This document shows positions 49,276 through 58,330 of a DNA stretch of 64,000 nt, piece by piece. Location of the stretch: the NCBI GenBank assembly GCA_040220235.1, contig JAVJTO010000049.1. One strand, given 5' to 3'. Within the stretch, counting starts at the first letter, position 1; each line of letters opens with the position of its first letter. This DNA is from Coleofasciculus sp. B1-GNL1-01. GTDB lineage: Bacteria > Cyanobacteriota > Cyanobacteriia > Cyanobacteriales > Coleofasciculaceae. A program made the position numbers and the translations under genes. The notes beneath the pieces are model-generated. The model did no database searches. It worked only from the letters and a program-made list of their open reading frames with translations, and was not told the origin of the DNA.

Positions 49276-50760
49276 TCACAAGTCTGTAAGCAATCTCGCT
49301 TTTCTGAGAATGAAGGTCAAAACGGTTTCTTCGGTGGTAACAATATCGGCTCTCCCTTCCATACCCGATTGAATCAGACAATTTTGTCCATTAGAATTCA
49401 ACTGCAAACGTTCGGGCTGAATGGTTACGTCGTAAGCCGGACTCGCTGTAGTTGTAGTCGTATTAACACCATTCTGTTGCGGTGAAATGGCGTCTGGAGA
49501 AATGGTGTGAACTGTACCGGGAAGTGTACCGTAGTCGGGATAGGAACAGGCAGAAACGCGCATTTGTACTCGTTGACCTGTTTCCACTTTACCGATATCC
49601 TGAGAGGGGACTTGAGCTTTAATCACTAAGGGCGCTTCACTGGGAGCAATTTGGGCAATCGCATCTCCGGAATTGACGACTTGTTCAGTGTTGCGGAGAT
49701 TCAGTTGCTGGATAATCCCAGACGCCGAAGCGCGAATCACAGTACCCGTGAGTTCGGTTTCCACTTGTTTGAGTTCATTTCTATCTCGGTTGAGTTGGTT
49801 TTGCAGTTCCACCCGCCTCTGGATTAATTGTTCCCGTTCCTGGTTTAATCGGGATAGGCTGGCTTCTCCCGTAGCTCGTTCTTGGGCGATTTTCTCTTGG
49901 GCGATCGCAACAGTAGCATTACTGGGATTGAGGTGGACTAATGCCCCTTCTAGTCTAGCTTGGGCTGCATCAACGGCGGCGACGAGTCGTTCGATGTCTT
50001 GTTTTTGGGCTTCAACGGTGGCTTTTTGGGCTTCTAGGGCTTGTTCTTGTTGAGTGACAGACAGTTGGGCTTCCTGGAATTGATCCTGAGACAAAGCGCC
50101 CGATTCAGCAATGGGTTTATAGCGATCGCGTCTAGCTTTAGCAGCGTTTAAGGCGGCTTCGGTGGATTTTAAGTTCGCCTGGGCTGATTGTAACTGCGCC
50201 TGTTGTCGTTGTAAATCCTCTTGGGCTTGGGTTAAATTGGCTTCAGCTTCTTGAACTTGAGTTTGGCTGGTGATTTGTTGATCGCGATAATCCCGTTGGC
50301 TGTGATTGAGTTCAGCTTTAGCGGAAGCGATAGTTCGTTGAGTGCGATCGCGTTCTGCTGTAATCTGTCTATCTAGGGCAATAATCTGGGCGTCGATTTG
50401 CCGAAGTTGTTGTTGATTTTGGTTTAGGTTACTTTGTAGCTGACTTTTTTGCGTTTGCAGCCGGGAGTCGTCAATCGTAGCAATACTATCCCCTTGTTTA
50501 ACGGGTTGGTTTTCTTTGACGTGGATACTTTTAACGGTTCCTTGAGTGGCGGCTTGTACCAGACGCAGTTCACCCGCTGGACGAATTGTAGCAGGGGCTT
50601 TTACGGTAATGTTGTATTTTGTGAAAGCAGCAAGGGCTACCGCGACGCCACAGGTTCCTACTAGAAACAGTCCGCCAAGGGTTGTCCAGCGACTGATTGG
50701 CGGGAGAAACTCGTCACTTTGAATGGGGCGGAGGACAGTAGGGTTGGATTCACTAAACAT
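49276..50760 (-). CDS. HlyD-family membrane fusion protein
   Basis: N-terminal TM, long coiled coil, IRASASG, DIGKV..GQ.V and YPDYG. Confidence 0.93.
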   Translation of the reverse strand: MFSESNPTVLRPIQSDEFLPPISRWTTLGGLFLVGTCGVAVALAAFTKYNITVKAPATIRPAGELRLVQAATQGTVKSIHVKENQPVKQGDSIATIDDSRLQTQKSQLQSNLNQNQQQLRQIDAQIIALDRQITAERDRTQRTIASAKAELNHSQRDYRDQQITSQTQVQEAEANLTQAQEDLQRQQAQLQSAQANLKSTEAALNAAKARRDRYKPIAESGALSQDQFQEAQLSVTQQEQALEAQKATVEAQKQDIERLVAAVDAAQARLEGALVHLNPSNATVAIAQEKIAQERATGEASLSRLNQEREQLIQRRVELQNQLNRDRNELKQVETELTGTVIRASASGIIQQLNLRNTEQVVNSGDAIAQIAPSEAPLVIKAQVPSQDIGKVETGQRVQMRVSACSYPDYGTLPGTVHTISPDAISPQQNGVNTTTTTASPAYDVTIQPERLQLNSNGQNCLIQSGMEGRADIVTTEETVLTFILRKARLLTDL

Positions 50761-51172
50761 GGCACAATCACGCTAGTTTTTATCAGTATAGATCCACTCA
50801 TTTGCCTGATGGTATACCCGTAGGGGCGCACTGACGTGCGCCCGAAAAATCCCCAAAGGAACTCCAACAATTTTGAATAAGGGCGAGTGTTGTGGAAAGG
50901 TTTTCGGTTAAGCTGTTTGGCATTTAAACCTTAATGTTAATAATGCCAAAATCCTTGTAGTGCGAGCATCTTGCTCGCTAACCATTCCCAATTTCACCGC
51001 CAAATCTATCCCACAATTTTAGCTGTGTCACGTCAGTAGGTTGGGTTGAGCGAAGTCGAAACCCAACGGAATCTGGGGCTAAAGTTCCCTTACTACAAGC
51101 CAGCAAGGGTTTGGGAGTTGTGCAGCAAACCCCAATTAGGGCATTAGGGCGCACGTCGGTGCGCCCCTACGG

Positions 51173-51784
51173 TTATAAAGATGTTTCGTAACTATCCACA
51201 ATGAATTGAAAAATACCCAGAATTTTCTCCAGTTCATTAATATAATATCGCTGGTTATCCACCCAAACACAACTGCCCTCTAACTTCAAAAATTGCCAAT
51301 CTTCTCCCGTAGTTACACAGCCGTAAATCCCTGAAATTGAGTTATCTTCTAGCTCGTTAAACCGTTGCGATCCCAACATTTGGGCAATGCACTGACCTAA
51401 ACCCCCTTTAATATCGCTTTTTTTTGCTTCTACCAAAGACACAATCGGAGCCTGCATTGTCAGCGAAACGGGACTTTTAGCCAAGATAAAATCACATTCT
51501 CCTTTCAACCCTTGCTCCTCGTCTACATCCAGCTTTTCGCCAGAATAAATGGAGAGTTTATTCGGATTTCGTCGCTCTAGCTCAATTAAAATGGGGGCAA
51601 TAATAAATTCTGATCGGGCTTTTTCACTGGAGGAAGACAGGGCTAATTTAAGGCTGTAGCTGAGGGTTTCCTGTAGCCAGTGACTCGGTTCTAAGGTGGC
51701 GACATCCCTGAAAAGTTGAACCGATTGTTCGGTTAGTCCAAAAGCTTTTTTGACCTGAGTCAATGAAAAATCGCTGTATGCCAT
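51173..51784 (-). CDS. PD-(D/E)xK restriction-endonuclease-like hypothetical protein
   Basis: SEKARSE.II.P, G.CDF, VEAKK, GQC.AQM and YGCVTTG..W.FL. Confidence 0.75.
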   Translation of the reverse strand: MAYSDFSLTQVKKAFGLTEQSVQLFRDVATLEPSHWLQETLSYSLKLALSSSSEKARSEFIIAPILIELERRNPNKLSIYSGEKLDVDEEQGLKGECDFILAKSPVSLTMQAPIVSLVEAKKSDIKGGLGQCIAQMLGSQRFNELEDNSISGIYGCVTTGEDWQFLKLEGSCVWVDNQRYYINELEKILGIFQFIVDSYETSL

Positions 51785-51892
51785 AGCAGCCGTTCAGAAC
51801 TAGAGGAAGATTGTCCAAGGACTAATTTGCTAAATTAGATAAACATGAACAACACGTCTCCCCCACCTGTAGGGGTTCTTCTATGCCTATTC

Positions 51893-52175
51893 GTGTCAAC
51901 TTAATATGACCCTTACCCCTTCTAATTTTCAAGCTATGGGGTTTCTGCTCCCCCGGCTATGGGAGAAGGGCGGGTTTAGTCAAGTTATCAGTTGGGTACA
52001 AAATGTTATTGGTAAAACCCGCCCCTACACCCCCCGATTTAATAGATCTTTACCTTAAGTTAAATGTTACTGACTTTAGAGTTTGTAGTCAGCGCTGTCT
52101 TCGCTTCTGGCACGCTTCGTGCCTACTACAAAACCCGCTTAAGTCAGTGACATTCACCTTAAGTTGACACCAATG
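51893..52175. mobile_element. GTGTCAACTTAA...TTAAGTTGACACCAATG MITE-like element, copy 2, carrying internal REP hairpins
   Basis: Same termini as 20034-20215 with different internal cargo. Confidence 0.7.
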
Positions 52176-52216
52176 GGCAATGCCGTGTCCCTACTCAATT
52201 GCTTTCCCCTATATCT

Positions 52217-52501
52217 TTATTTTCTCCAAGGATCGGGAGTCGGCTTAAACACGGTAAATCCCTCAAAAATCGTCTGATTAAAAATCGTCCATGGACAGGC
52301 TAAAGCAGAAGGGCAAGCATCAACCCAAGATAAGTTGGGGATTTCAATTTGAAACCCACCAGCCACTGCTTCCATCTCCGTATCGGTTAGGTCTTCAACT
52401 AGCCCAGCCGGATTCTCCGGTAACTGCGCCTGTTCCTCTTCACTCAGGCTCCTGCGGTACTCCTCATCTTTCCAAGCCCGGATGATATCAATGTTTGACA
52501 T
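52217..52501 (-). CDS. lanA: Mersacidin/lichenicidin-family class II lanthipeptide precursor
   Basis: Leader IIRAWKDEEYR.SL......LPENPAG...L...EMEAVAGG; core has 2 Cys and 6 Ser/Thr. Confidence 0.92.
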   Translation of the reverse strand: MSNIDIIRAWKDEEYRRSLSEEEQAQLPENPAGLVEDLTDTEMEAVAGGFQIEIPNLSWVDACPSALACPWTIFNQTIFEGFTVFKPTPDPWRK

Positions 52502-52623
52502 GGATACTTAAGAGAGTAAACTATTTGTAAAATATAGAACTAAACTCCGAAAAAGTCAATAAGTATTTTTACGGGTTGACTTTTATAAAAAAACACCTCA
52601 GTTACATCGAACTTGCTCCTGCC

Positions 52624-55600
52624 ATGGATACTATGGATAAACCTAGCTTCTCATCTTCCGCCTGGTATCAAGCCGTCACCTTAATAGAACGCATGGCATC
52701 GCTGAATTCAGTTGAAAGGAATACAGAGAATAGCAAAGTTGATACGAATTTCGCTGAGCGTAGAAGAGAGCGGTGGCAATCCCAACCTCCTTTCAACACA
52801 GACTCATACTTCGCTCAACGTCTGGCAATTGATGGCATGACTGAGGATGAATTGATTTACCTCCTCGGTGAGCCAATTGAAGCGGTAAAAAATCGTTTAC
52901 CTGATGTTCCCGATTGGCTACAGAAGTTAGCAGATGGATTTGCAAATTATAAGGAAACTAATACTAGCGTAATTCCGCCTCCAGAAGAGTTGGGAGAGCA
53001 AAAAGAAGCGGGTTTTTTGTACGCCATTGAGCCGCTAATCAACCAAGGGATTGAGCGGCTAAAAAAAGGAATTGAATCGCTGATTCAGAACCAATCGGAT
53101 TTGCCCTTTGACCCCAACACAGTAGCCCGGTTGCTATTTGCCAATCTGCCAGGGGAATTGCTGTGGAGGTTGAGTCGCACCATGGTGCTGGAATTAAATG
53201 TGGCTCGTTTACAAGGGCAACTAGAGGGCGAGACGGCTGAAGCACGATTTTTCAGCTTCTTACAACGCTTACGCGATTGCGACATTGCCCTCTCTCTACT
53301 CCAAGAGTACCCGGTTCTGGCTCGACAAGTTGTTATCTGTATTAATTATTGGGTTACATTTAGTCTAGAATTTATCCAACACCTCTGTGCTGATTGGGAG
53401 GCTATTTGCACCACATTTACACCAGAAGCCGATCCAGGTGTATTAGTACAACTCGATACAGGTGCGGGAGACAAACATCGAGGCGGGCGTTCGGTAATAA
53501 TTGCCACGTTTAGTTCGGGCTTTCAGATAGTCTATAAGCCTAAATCTCTAGCAATAGACGTGCATTTTCAGCAACTCCTCACTTGGCTGAATGAACGGGG
53601 CAATCACCCCCCATTTCGTACCCTCAAGGTGATTAATCGCCATACCTACGGCTGGGTGGAATTTGTTCATACCCAACCTTGTAATTCCCCAGACGCCGTT
53701 CAGCGTTTTTACCAACGGCAAGGGGGTTACTTGGCATTACTCTATGCTGTAGGCGCAACCGATTTCCACAAAGAAAATTTAATCGCCGTCGGTGAAGATC
53801 CAGTTCTAATTGATTTAGAATCCCTGTTTCATCCGGAAAGTGAGGAATTTGATTCTCAAAAATCCCTGTTTGTTGCTAGTAAAAAGATAGTTGACTCCGT
53901 TTTACGGGTAGGATTACTCCCGCAGCGAATATGGGCAAATCGGGAATCTGAGGGGGTGGATCTGAGTGGTTTAGGGGGTGCTGCAGGGCAAATGACGCCA
54001 AATCCTGTACCGTCTTGGGTGGGAATGGGTACCGATGAGATGCGGTTGACGAAAGAGCGGAAGGCGATGCCAGGAAGTCAGAATCGCCCTAGGCTTAATG
54101 ATACTGAGGTGAATGTTCTTGACTACACCGACGCGATCGCAACTGGGTTTACAAACGTTTATCAGTTACTCCTGAATCACCGAGACGAGTTGTTATCAGA
54201 CAATGGCATATTAGCCCAGTTTGCAGAGGATGAAGTGCGGGTGATCTTGCGCCCCACCCAAACTTATGGGTTACTATTACAGGATAGTTTTCATCCCGAC
54301 TTGTTACGAAATGCCTTGGATCGCGATCGCTTTTTTGATCGCCTCTGGCAGGAAGTTCCCCGTCGCCCGCATCTGACAAAAGTCATTCTGGCTGAACGGG
54401 ATGATTTGTGGCAGGGTGATATTCCTATGTTTACCACGCGCCCCAATTCCCGCCATCTGTGGAATAGTGCTAACCAGCAAATTGCTGATTTTTTCACCGA
54501 ATCGGGAATGACACGGGTACAACGCCGCCTTCAGCAACTGAGTGAAGCGGATTTAACTCGCCAACTGTGGTTTATTCAGGCTTCCCTGACAACCTTATCC
54601 GTGGATGGGGATAAGGCAGGATGGACAAGGTATCATCTTAAGGAAACCCAGACTCCTGTCACTCGCGAACAACTTTTGGCGGCGGCTTGTCGAATAGGCG
54701 ATCGCATCGAAACCTTAGCCTTGCGGGGGGAGGAAGATGTTACCTGGCTAGGGTTAACCTTAATTAAGGCACGCCATTGGACATTATTACCCTTGGGAAT
54801 GGATCTCTATGATGGCATACCCGGAATCGCTCTATTCTTAGCGTATCTGGGCGCGATCGCAAAAGAGGAACGCTACACTCAATTGGCACGAGTTGCCTTA
54901 AGTTCCATTCAACATCTGGTAGGGGAAAGTCCTTCTTCGATTCCTTCTATTGGGGGGTTCAGTGGCTGGGGCGGAATTATCTACAGTTTCACTCATTTAA
55001 GTGTACTGTGGCAGCAACCGGAACTTTTGGCTGAGGCTGAAGGATTACTCGATCATCTCACAGAACGTATTGAAGGGGACGAACAATTCGATATAATTGG
55101 CGGTGCGGCTGGGTGCATTGGCAGTTTGCTGAGTTTGTATCACTGTAATCCTTCTCAACGCATACTGGATACAGCTATTCAATGTGGCGATCATCTGCTG
55201 GCTTGCGCCCAAAAGATGGCGGTGGGGATTGGTTGGATGCCCGTGGGTGTGGGCAAAAAGCCCCTGACAGGATTCTCCCACGGTGCAGCGGGGATAGCCT
55301 GGGCATTGCTGGAACTTGCTGCTGTCACAGGGGAGGAACGATTTCAGGAAGCAGCACTCTATGCGATCGCTTATGAACGCAGTCTCTTTTCCCCAGATGT
55401 CGGAAATTGGCCCGATTTACGCGAATTTGAGACGACGGTGCGTTCTGGAAACCCAGGACAAGTCAACTATATGACAGCTTGGTGTCACGGTGCTATGGGA
55501 ATTGGATTAGCTCGATTACTTTCTATGCCTCATCTCCATGATACCGAAACTCGTACAGAAATCGACACCGCCCTCAAAACGACTCTTGCTCAAGGATTCG

Positions 55601-55893
55601 GGATGAATCATTCCTTATGTCATGGCGACTTGGGTAATTTAGAATTACTCCTGCAAGCCAGTCTTACCCTCAATGATTCCCAGTGGCAAGAGCATTTAAA
55701 TCGTTTGAGCGCTATGATTCTCCAGAGTATCGATGAATATGGCTGGCTGTGTGGAGTCCCTTTAAGCGTTGAAACACCAGGATTAATGACAGGATTAGCC
55801 GGGATTGGTTATCAACTGTTGCGATTAGCCCAACCTGATTATATCCCCTCAGTGCTGGTGCTTGAATCTCCTACTTTTAACCATAACCGTTAG
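52624..55893 (+). CDS. lanM: Class II lanthipeptide synthetase LanM
   Basis: Dehydratase GDKHRGG, YKPKS, DFHKEN, IDLESLF, RPTQTY and GDIP; cyclase GFSHG, WCHG, LCHG and GLMTG. Confidence 0.97.
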   Translation: MDTMDKPSFSSSAWYQAVTLIERMASLNSVERNTENSKVDTNFAERRRERWQSQPPFNTDSYFAQRLAIDGMTEDELIYLLGEPIEAVKNRLPDVPDWLQKLADGFANYKETNTSVIPPPEELGEQKEAGFLYAIEPLINQGIERLKKGIESLIQNQSDLPFDPNTVARLLFANLPGELLWRLSRTMVLELNVARLQGQLEGETAEARFFSFLQRLRDCDIALSLLQEYPVLARQVVICINYWVTFSLEFIQHLCADWEAICTTFTPEADPGVLVQLDTGAGDKHRGGRSVIIATFSSGFQIVYKPKSLAIDVHFQQLLTWLNERGNHPPFRTLKVINRHTYGWVEFVHTQPCNSPDAVQRFYQRQGGYLALLYAVGATDFHKENLIAVGEDPVLIDLESLFHPESEEFDSQKSLFVASKKIVDSVLRVGLLPQRIWANRESEGVDLSGLGGAAGQMTPNPVPSWVGMGTDEMRLTKERKAMPGSQNRPRLNDTEVNVLDYTDAIATGFTNVYQLLLNHRDELLSDNGILAQFAEDEVRVILRPTQTYGLLLQDSFHPDLLRNALDRDRFFDRLWQEVPRRPHLTKVILAERDDLWQGDIPMFTTRPNSRHLWNSANQQIADFFTESGMTRVQRRLQQLSEADLTRQLWFIQASLTTLSVDGDKAGWTRYHLKETQTPVTREQLLAAACRIGDRIETLALRGEEDVTWLGLTLIKARHWTLLPLGMDLYDGIPGIALFLAYLGAIAKEERYTQLARVALSSIQHLVGESPSSIPSIGGFSGWGGIIYSFTHLSVLWQQPELLAEAEGLLDHLTERIEGDEQFDIIGGAAGCIGSLLSLYHCNPSQRILDTAIQCGDHLLACAQKMAVGIGWMPVGVGKKPLTGFSHGAAGIAWALLELAAVTGEERFQEAALYAIAYERSLFSPDVGNWPDLREFETTVRSGNPGQVNYMTAWCHGAMGIGLARLLSMPHLHDTETRTEIDTALKTTLAQGFGMNHSLCHGDLGNLELLLQASLTLNDSQWQEHLNRLSAMILQSIDEYGWLCGVPLSVETPGLMTGLAGIGYQLLRLAQPDYIPSVLVLESPTFNHNR

Positions 55894-56160
55894 AATGCCA
55901 GCAATGTATTCGGCTTGTAGTAAGGGCTTTAGCCCTATATCCTGTTGAGTCGTCAACCCAACCTACAATGCTATTCTGGCGGATGGTTTGGGTCATTTCG
56001 GCAAGGTATTATCAAAAGTATTTTCCAGCGTTGGAAAGCTTATTTGGATCTTCTCAATAGCTTGTGATTTTGTTGAGTTAGGGTTTATTGCCTAACCCTA
56101 AATGAAATCCCCAACTTATACCAAAAGTTGGGGATCTATATCGAAATCTAGAGTATAAAT

Positions 56161-56388
56161 TTAGTTAACACCACCTACAAAGTGTTGCAATATGCCAACT
56201 GTAGCTCCACCTACATACGCCTGCACACCACCGACATACGCCTTAGCCACACCACCGACATACGCCATAACACTACTTTGGAGGTTCGCACTACCTACGT
56301 AAGTCCCACCAATTATCTGCTCCTGCTCTTTTGCTTCTAGTTCCTGCCACAATTTATCTTCTTGAGAATGTTTCACATTCATCTTCAT
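56161..56388 (-). CDS. Putative double-glycine RiPP precursor with YVGG repeats
   Basis: Leader WQELEAKEQEQIIGG; core TYVGS..AYVGG..AYVGG..AYVGG..FVGG; SD-like AAGGA. Confidence 0.8.
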   Translation of the reverse strand: MKMNVKHSQEDKLWQELEAKEQEQIIGGTYVGSANLQSSVMAYVGGVAKAYVGGVQAYVGGATVGILQHFVGGVN

Positions 56389-56542
56389 TCTTCTTTTTTC
56401 CTTATTTTTCGATTGATATTAATAAGCTTATAGAGATTATAACAAAGATAAGCTTAAATAGTCTAGATCTAATGCTAATATCGCTCATTCTGGCACAGTG
56501 ACCAAATATGAGAGTTTTACGACTTTTCCAAAATGTTTGCCC

Positions 56543-57550
56543 TCATGCCTCGGCGTGAGAGGCGATTGCTTCATACCAGTCAGTGATGGGTATCTCAGTC
56601 GGTGCCGTTAGCTCATCAAATACCCGACGGCAAAGTTCTAAAAAGGAAGGGTAGCATTCCCGACGCCAATTAGCCGCCAGTTGCCTGAGAGACGCTTGTC
56701 GCAAATTTCCCAGAGCATATTGGCGAGCAAATCCATGTTGAATTGGCACAACTGTACCATCAGCCTCAATAATCAGTGGCGATAAAATATCAGCAAATAA
56801 GCCCTCCGTATTCTCAAGTAAAGACGTATCTGCAAACACCATACCAGGATATGCCCGCAACACATCTCGGTGGGCAAGATCAACTTGCACATACAAACGA
56901 TCCCCAAAGGCTTTTTGCAGGCGCATCCCTTGCAGATAGGCATAGGCGGATTGGTTCTCGTTTGCTCTTACTCCCGCTAAACGCTCCTTGGCACGTCCAA
57001 CTTCTTCAAGGGGATGAATCTGCAATAATTTCGCTCCTTGTTCAATGGCGAAATTGGCTACCCAGTCTAAGTCCTGAAGATTGTACCGTGTTAGAGTAAA
57101 AATAAATCCGAAAGGAATGCCCGATTGTCGAAGCCCTTCAAGTCTTGATGCCATTATCTCAAAAGCTTGATCTAAAGAGCGCATTCGGTTATGGAATGCC
57201 GGTACACCGTCAAGACTAATTGCGAGTAAATCCACCCGGTTACGTAACTTTTCCAGGTGTTTCTCATCTAAGAGCATCCCATTGGAGGTAACGGTTGTCA
57301 CCATACCACATTGATGAGCCTTTTCCAGCAGCTTGTCGAGTGGTTTATAAACAAGGGGTTCTCCACCTGAAATGTTAGCAACTGTATAGCCTTCCGCACT
57401 AGCGTCAGCTATTGCCTGTTGGAGAAGTACCTCATCCAGTTCCTCCTGTTCTTGAGGGCTAGAAGAGGAGTAGCAATGAAGACATTGTAGATTACATCTT
57501 CGAGTTGGGTGGATGTGTAGAATTTTCCGACACTCTCCAGTTGATGCCAT
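56543..57550 (-). CDS. Radical SAM protein (putative RiPP maturase)
   Basis: CNLQCLHC, SGGEP, TSNG and ISLDG; located between two peptide genes. Confidence 0.92.
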   Translation of the reverse strand: MASTGECRKILHIHPTRRCNLQCLHCYSSSSPQEQEELDEVLLQQAIADASAEGYTVANISGGEPLVYKPLDKLLEKAHQCGMVTTVTSNGMLLDEKHLEKLRNRVDLLAISLDGVPAFHNRMRSLDQAFEIMASRLEGLRQSGIPFGFIFTLTRYNLQDLDWVANFAIEQGAKLLQIHPLEEVGRAKERLAGVRANENQSAYAYLQGMRLQKAFGDRLYVQVDLAHRDVLRAYPGMVFADTSLLENTEGLFADILSPLIIEADGTVVPIQHGFARQYALGNLRQASLRQLAANWRRECYPSFLELCRRVFDELTAPTEIPITDWYEAIASHAEA

Positions 57551-57710
57551 AAAATCATGCTACTCCAAGCACTACAAACTTCCTAAAATGTTTAGGGAGC
57601 GCACTCCCCATAACGCTGTCATTTTCATGATTTCAGTCTTCAGGTGGGTGTGGGTGATGCTCACCTGACCTAAAAATGTGACGTTGTTTTTGGGACGACT
57701 TTTTAACGGC

Positions 57711-57956
57711 TCAAAAACGATGTATATTTTGCATTAAAAAGGGAGGAATAGGTATTCCAATTGGAAATAATGTGAAGGGCTTACTTAGAAAGAGACCCGT
57801 TATACTTGGTTGAGGCTGAGGCTCACCCAGACCTGTTATATTCGGTTGAGGCTGAGGCTCACCTAAGAAAGTAGAAACTTGTGTTCCCCCTTTCAACTCT
57901 TCTAGTTCTTCAGGGGTAAGTTCGACAAACAATTCTTTATCTTTAAATTCTTCCAT
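57711..57956 (-). CDS. Putative double-glycine RiPP precursor with GEPQPQP repeats
   Basis: Leader LFVELTPEELEELKGG; 12-aa duplication LGEPQPQP(N/S)ITG; AAGGGA SD. Confidence 0.85.
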   Translation of the reverse strand: MEEFKDKELFVELTPEELEELKGGTQVSTFLGEPQPQPNITGLGEPQPQPSITGLFLSKPFTLFPIGIPIPPFLMQNIHRF

Positions 57957-58330
57957 TTTCCCTTAACCTAGAACAAGCAAATTGACATATCCGATACATT
58001 ACCACTAGAATCTTAAAACGTCAAATGGCGCGTAGTACGCCATGACTGTATAGAAATATCGTTCGTCTAAATTGGTCGTGAAATAGCTATCCTTGCTTAA
58101 GCAAGCTTTGACGCCTCATCTAGATTCCACCAGACTTATGCTCCCCATTCGGCACTTCAACTTGAAGCTTGTTTTTTCGGACAATGAAATCGGGGTAAAC
58201 ACAAGTATTTATACCTAGTTCAATTCTTCAAAAATTCAAAAGAACATTTATCGGGTTAGGATTGTTGTGGAAAATAAGGCTTGCTCGGCAAGAGTCAATA
58301 ACGATACAATAAGGTTTTGCCTTCTTAGCG

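Noticed and set aside
56161..56388. Spliceotide (YG motif) or lanthipeptide assignment for the YVGG peptide
   Set aside because: There is no Tyr-Gly dipeptide and no Cys, and the rSAM lacks SPASM cysteines
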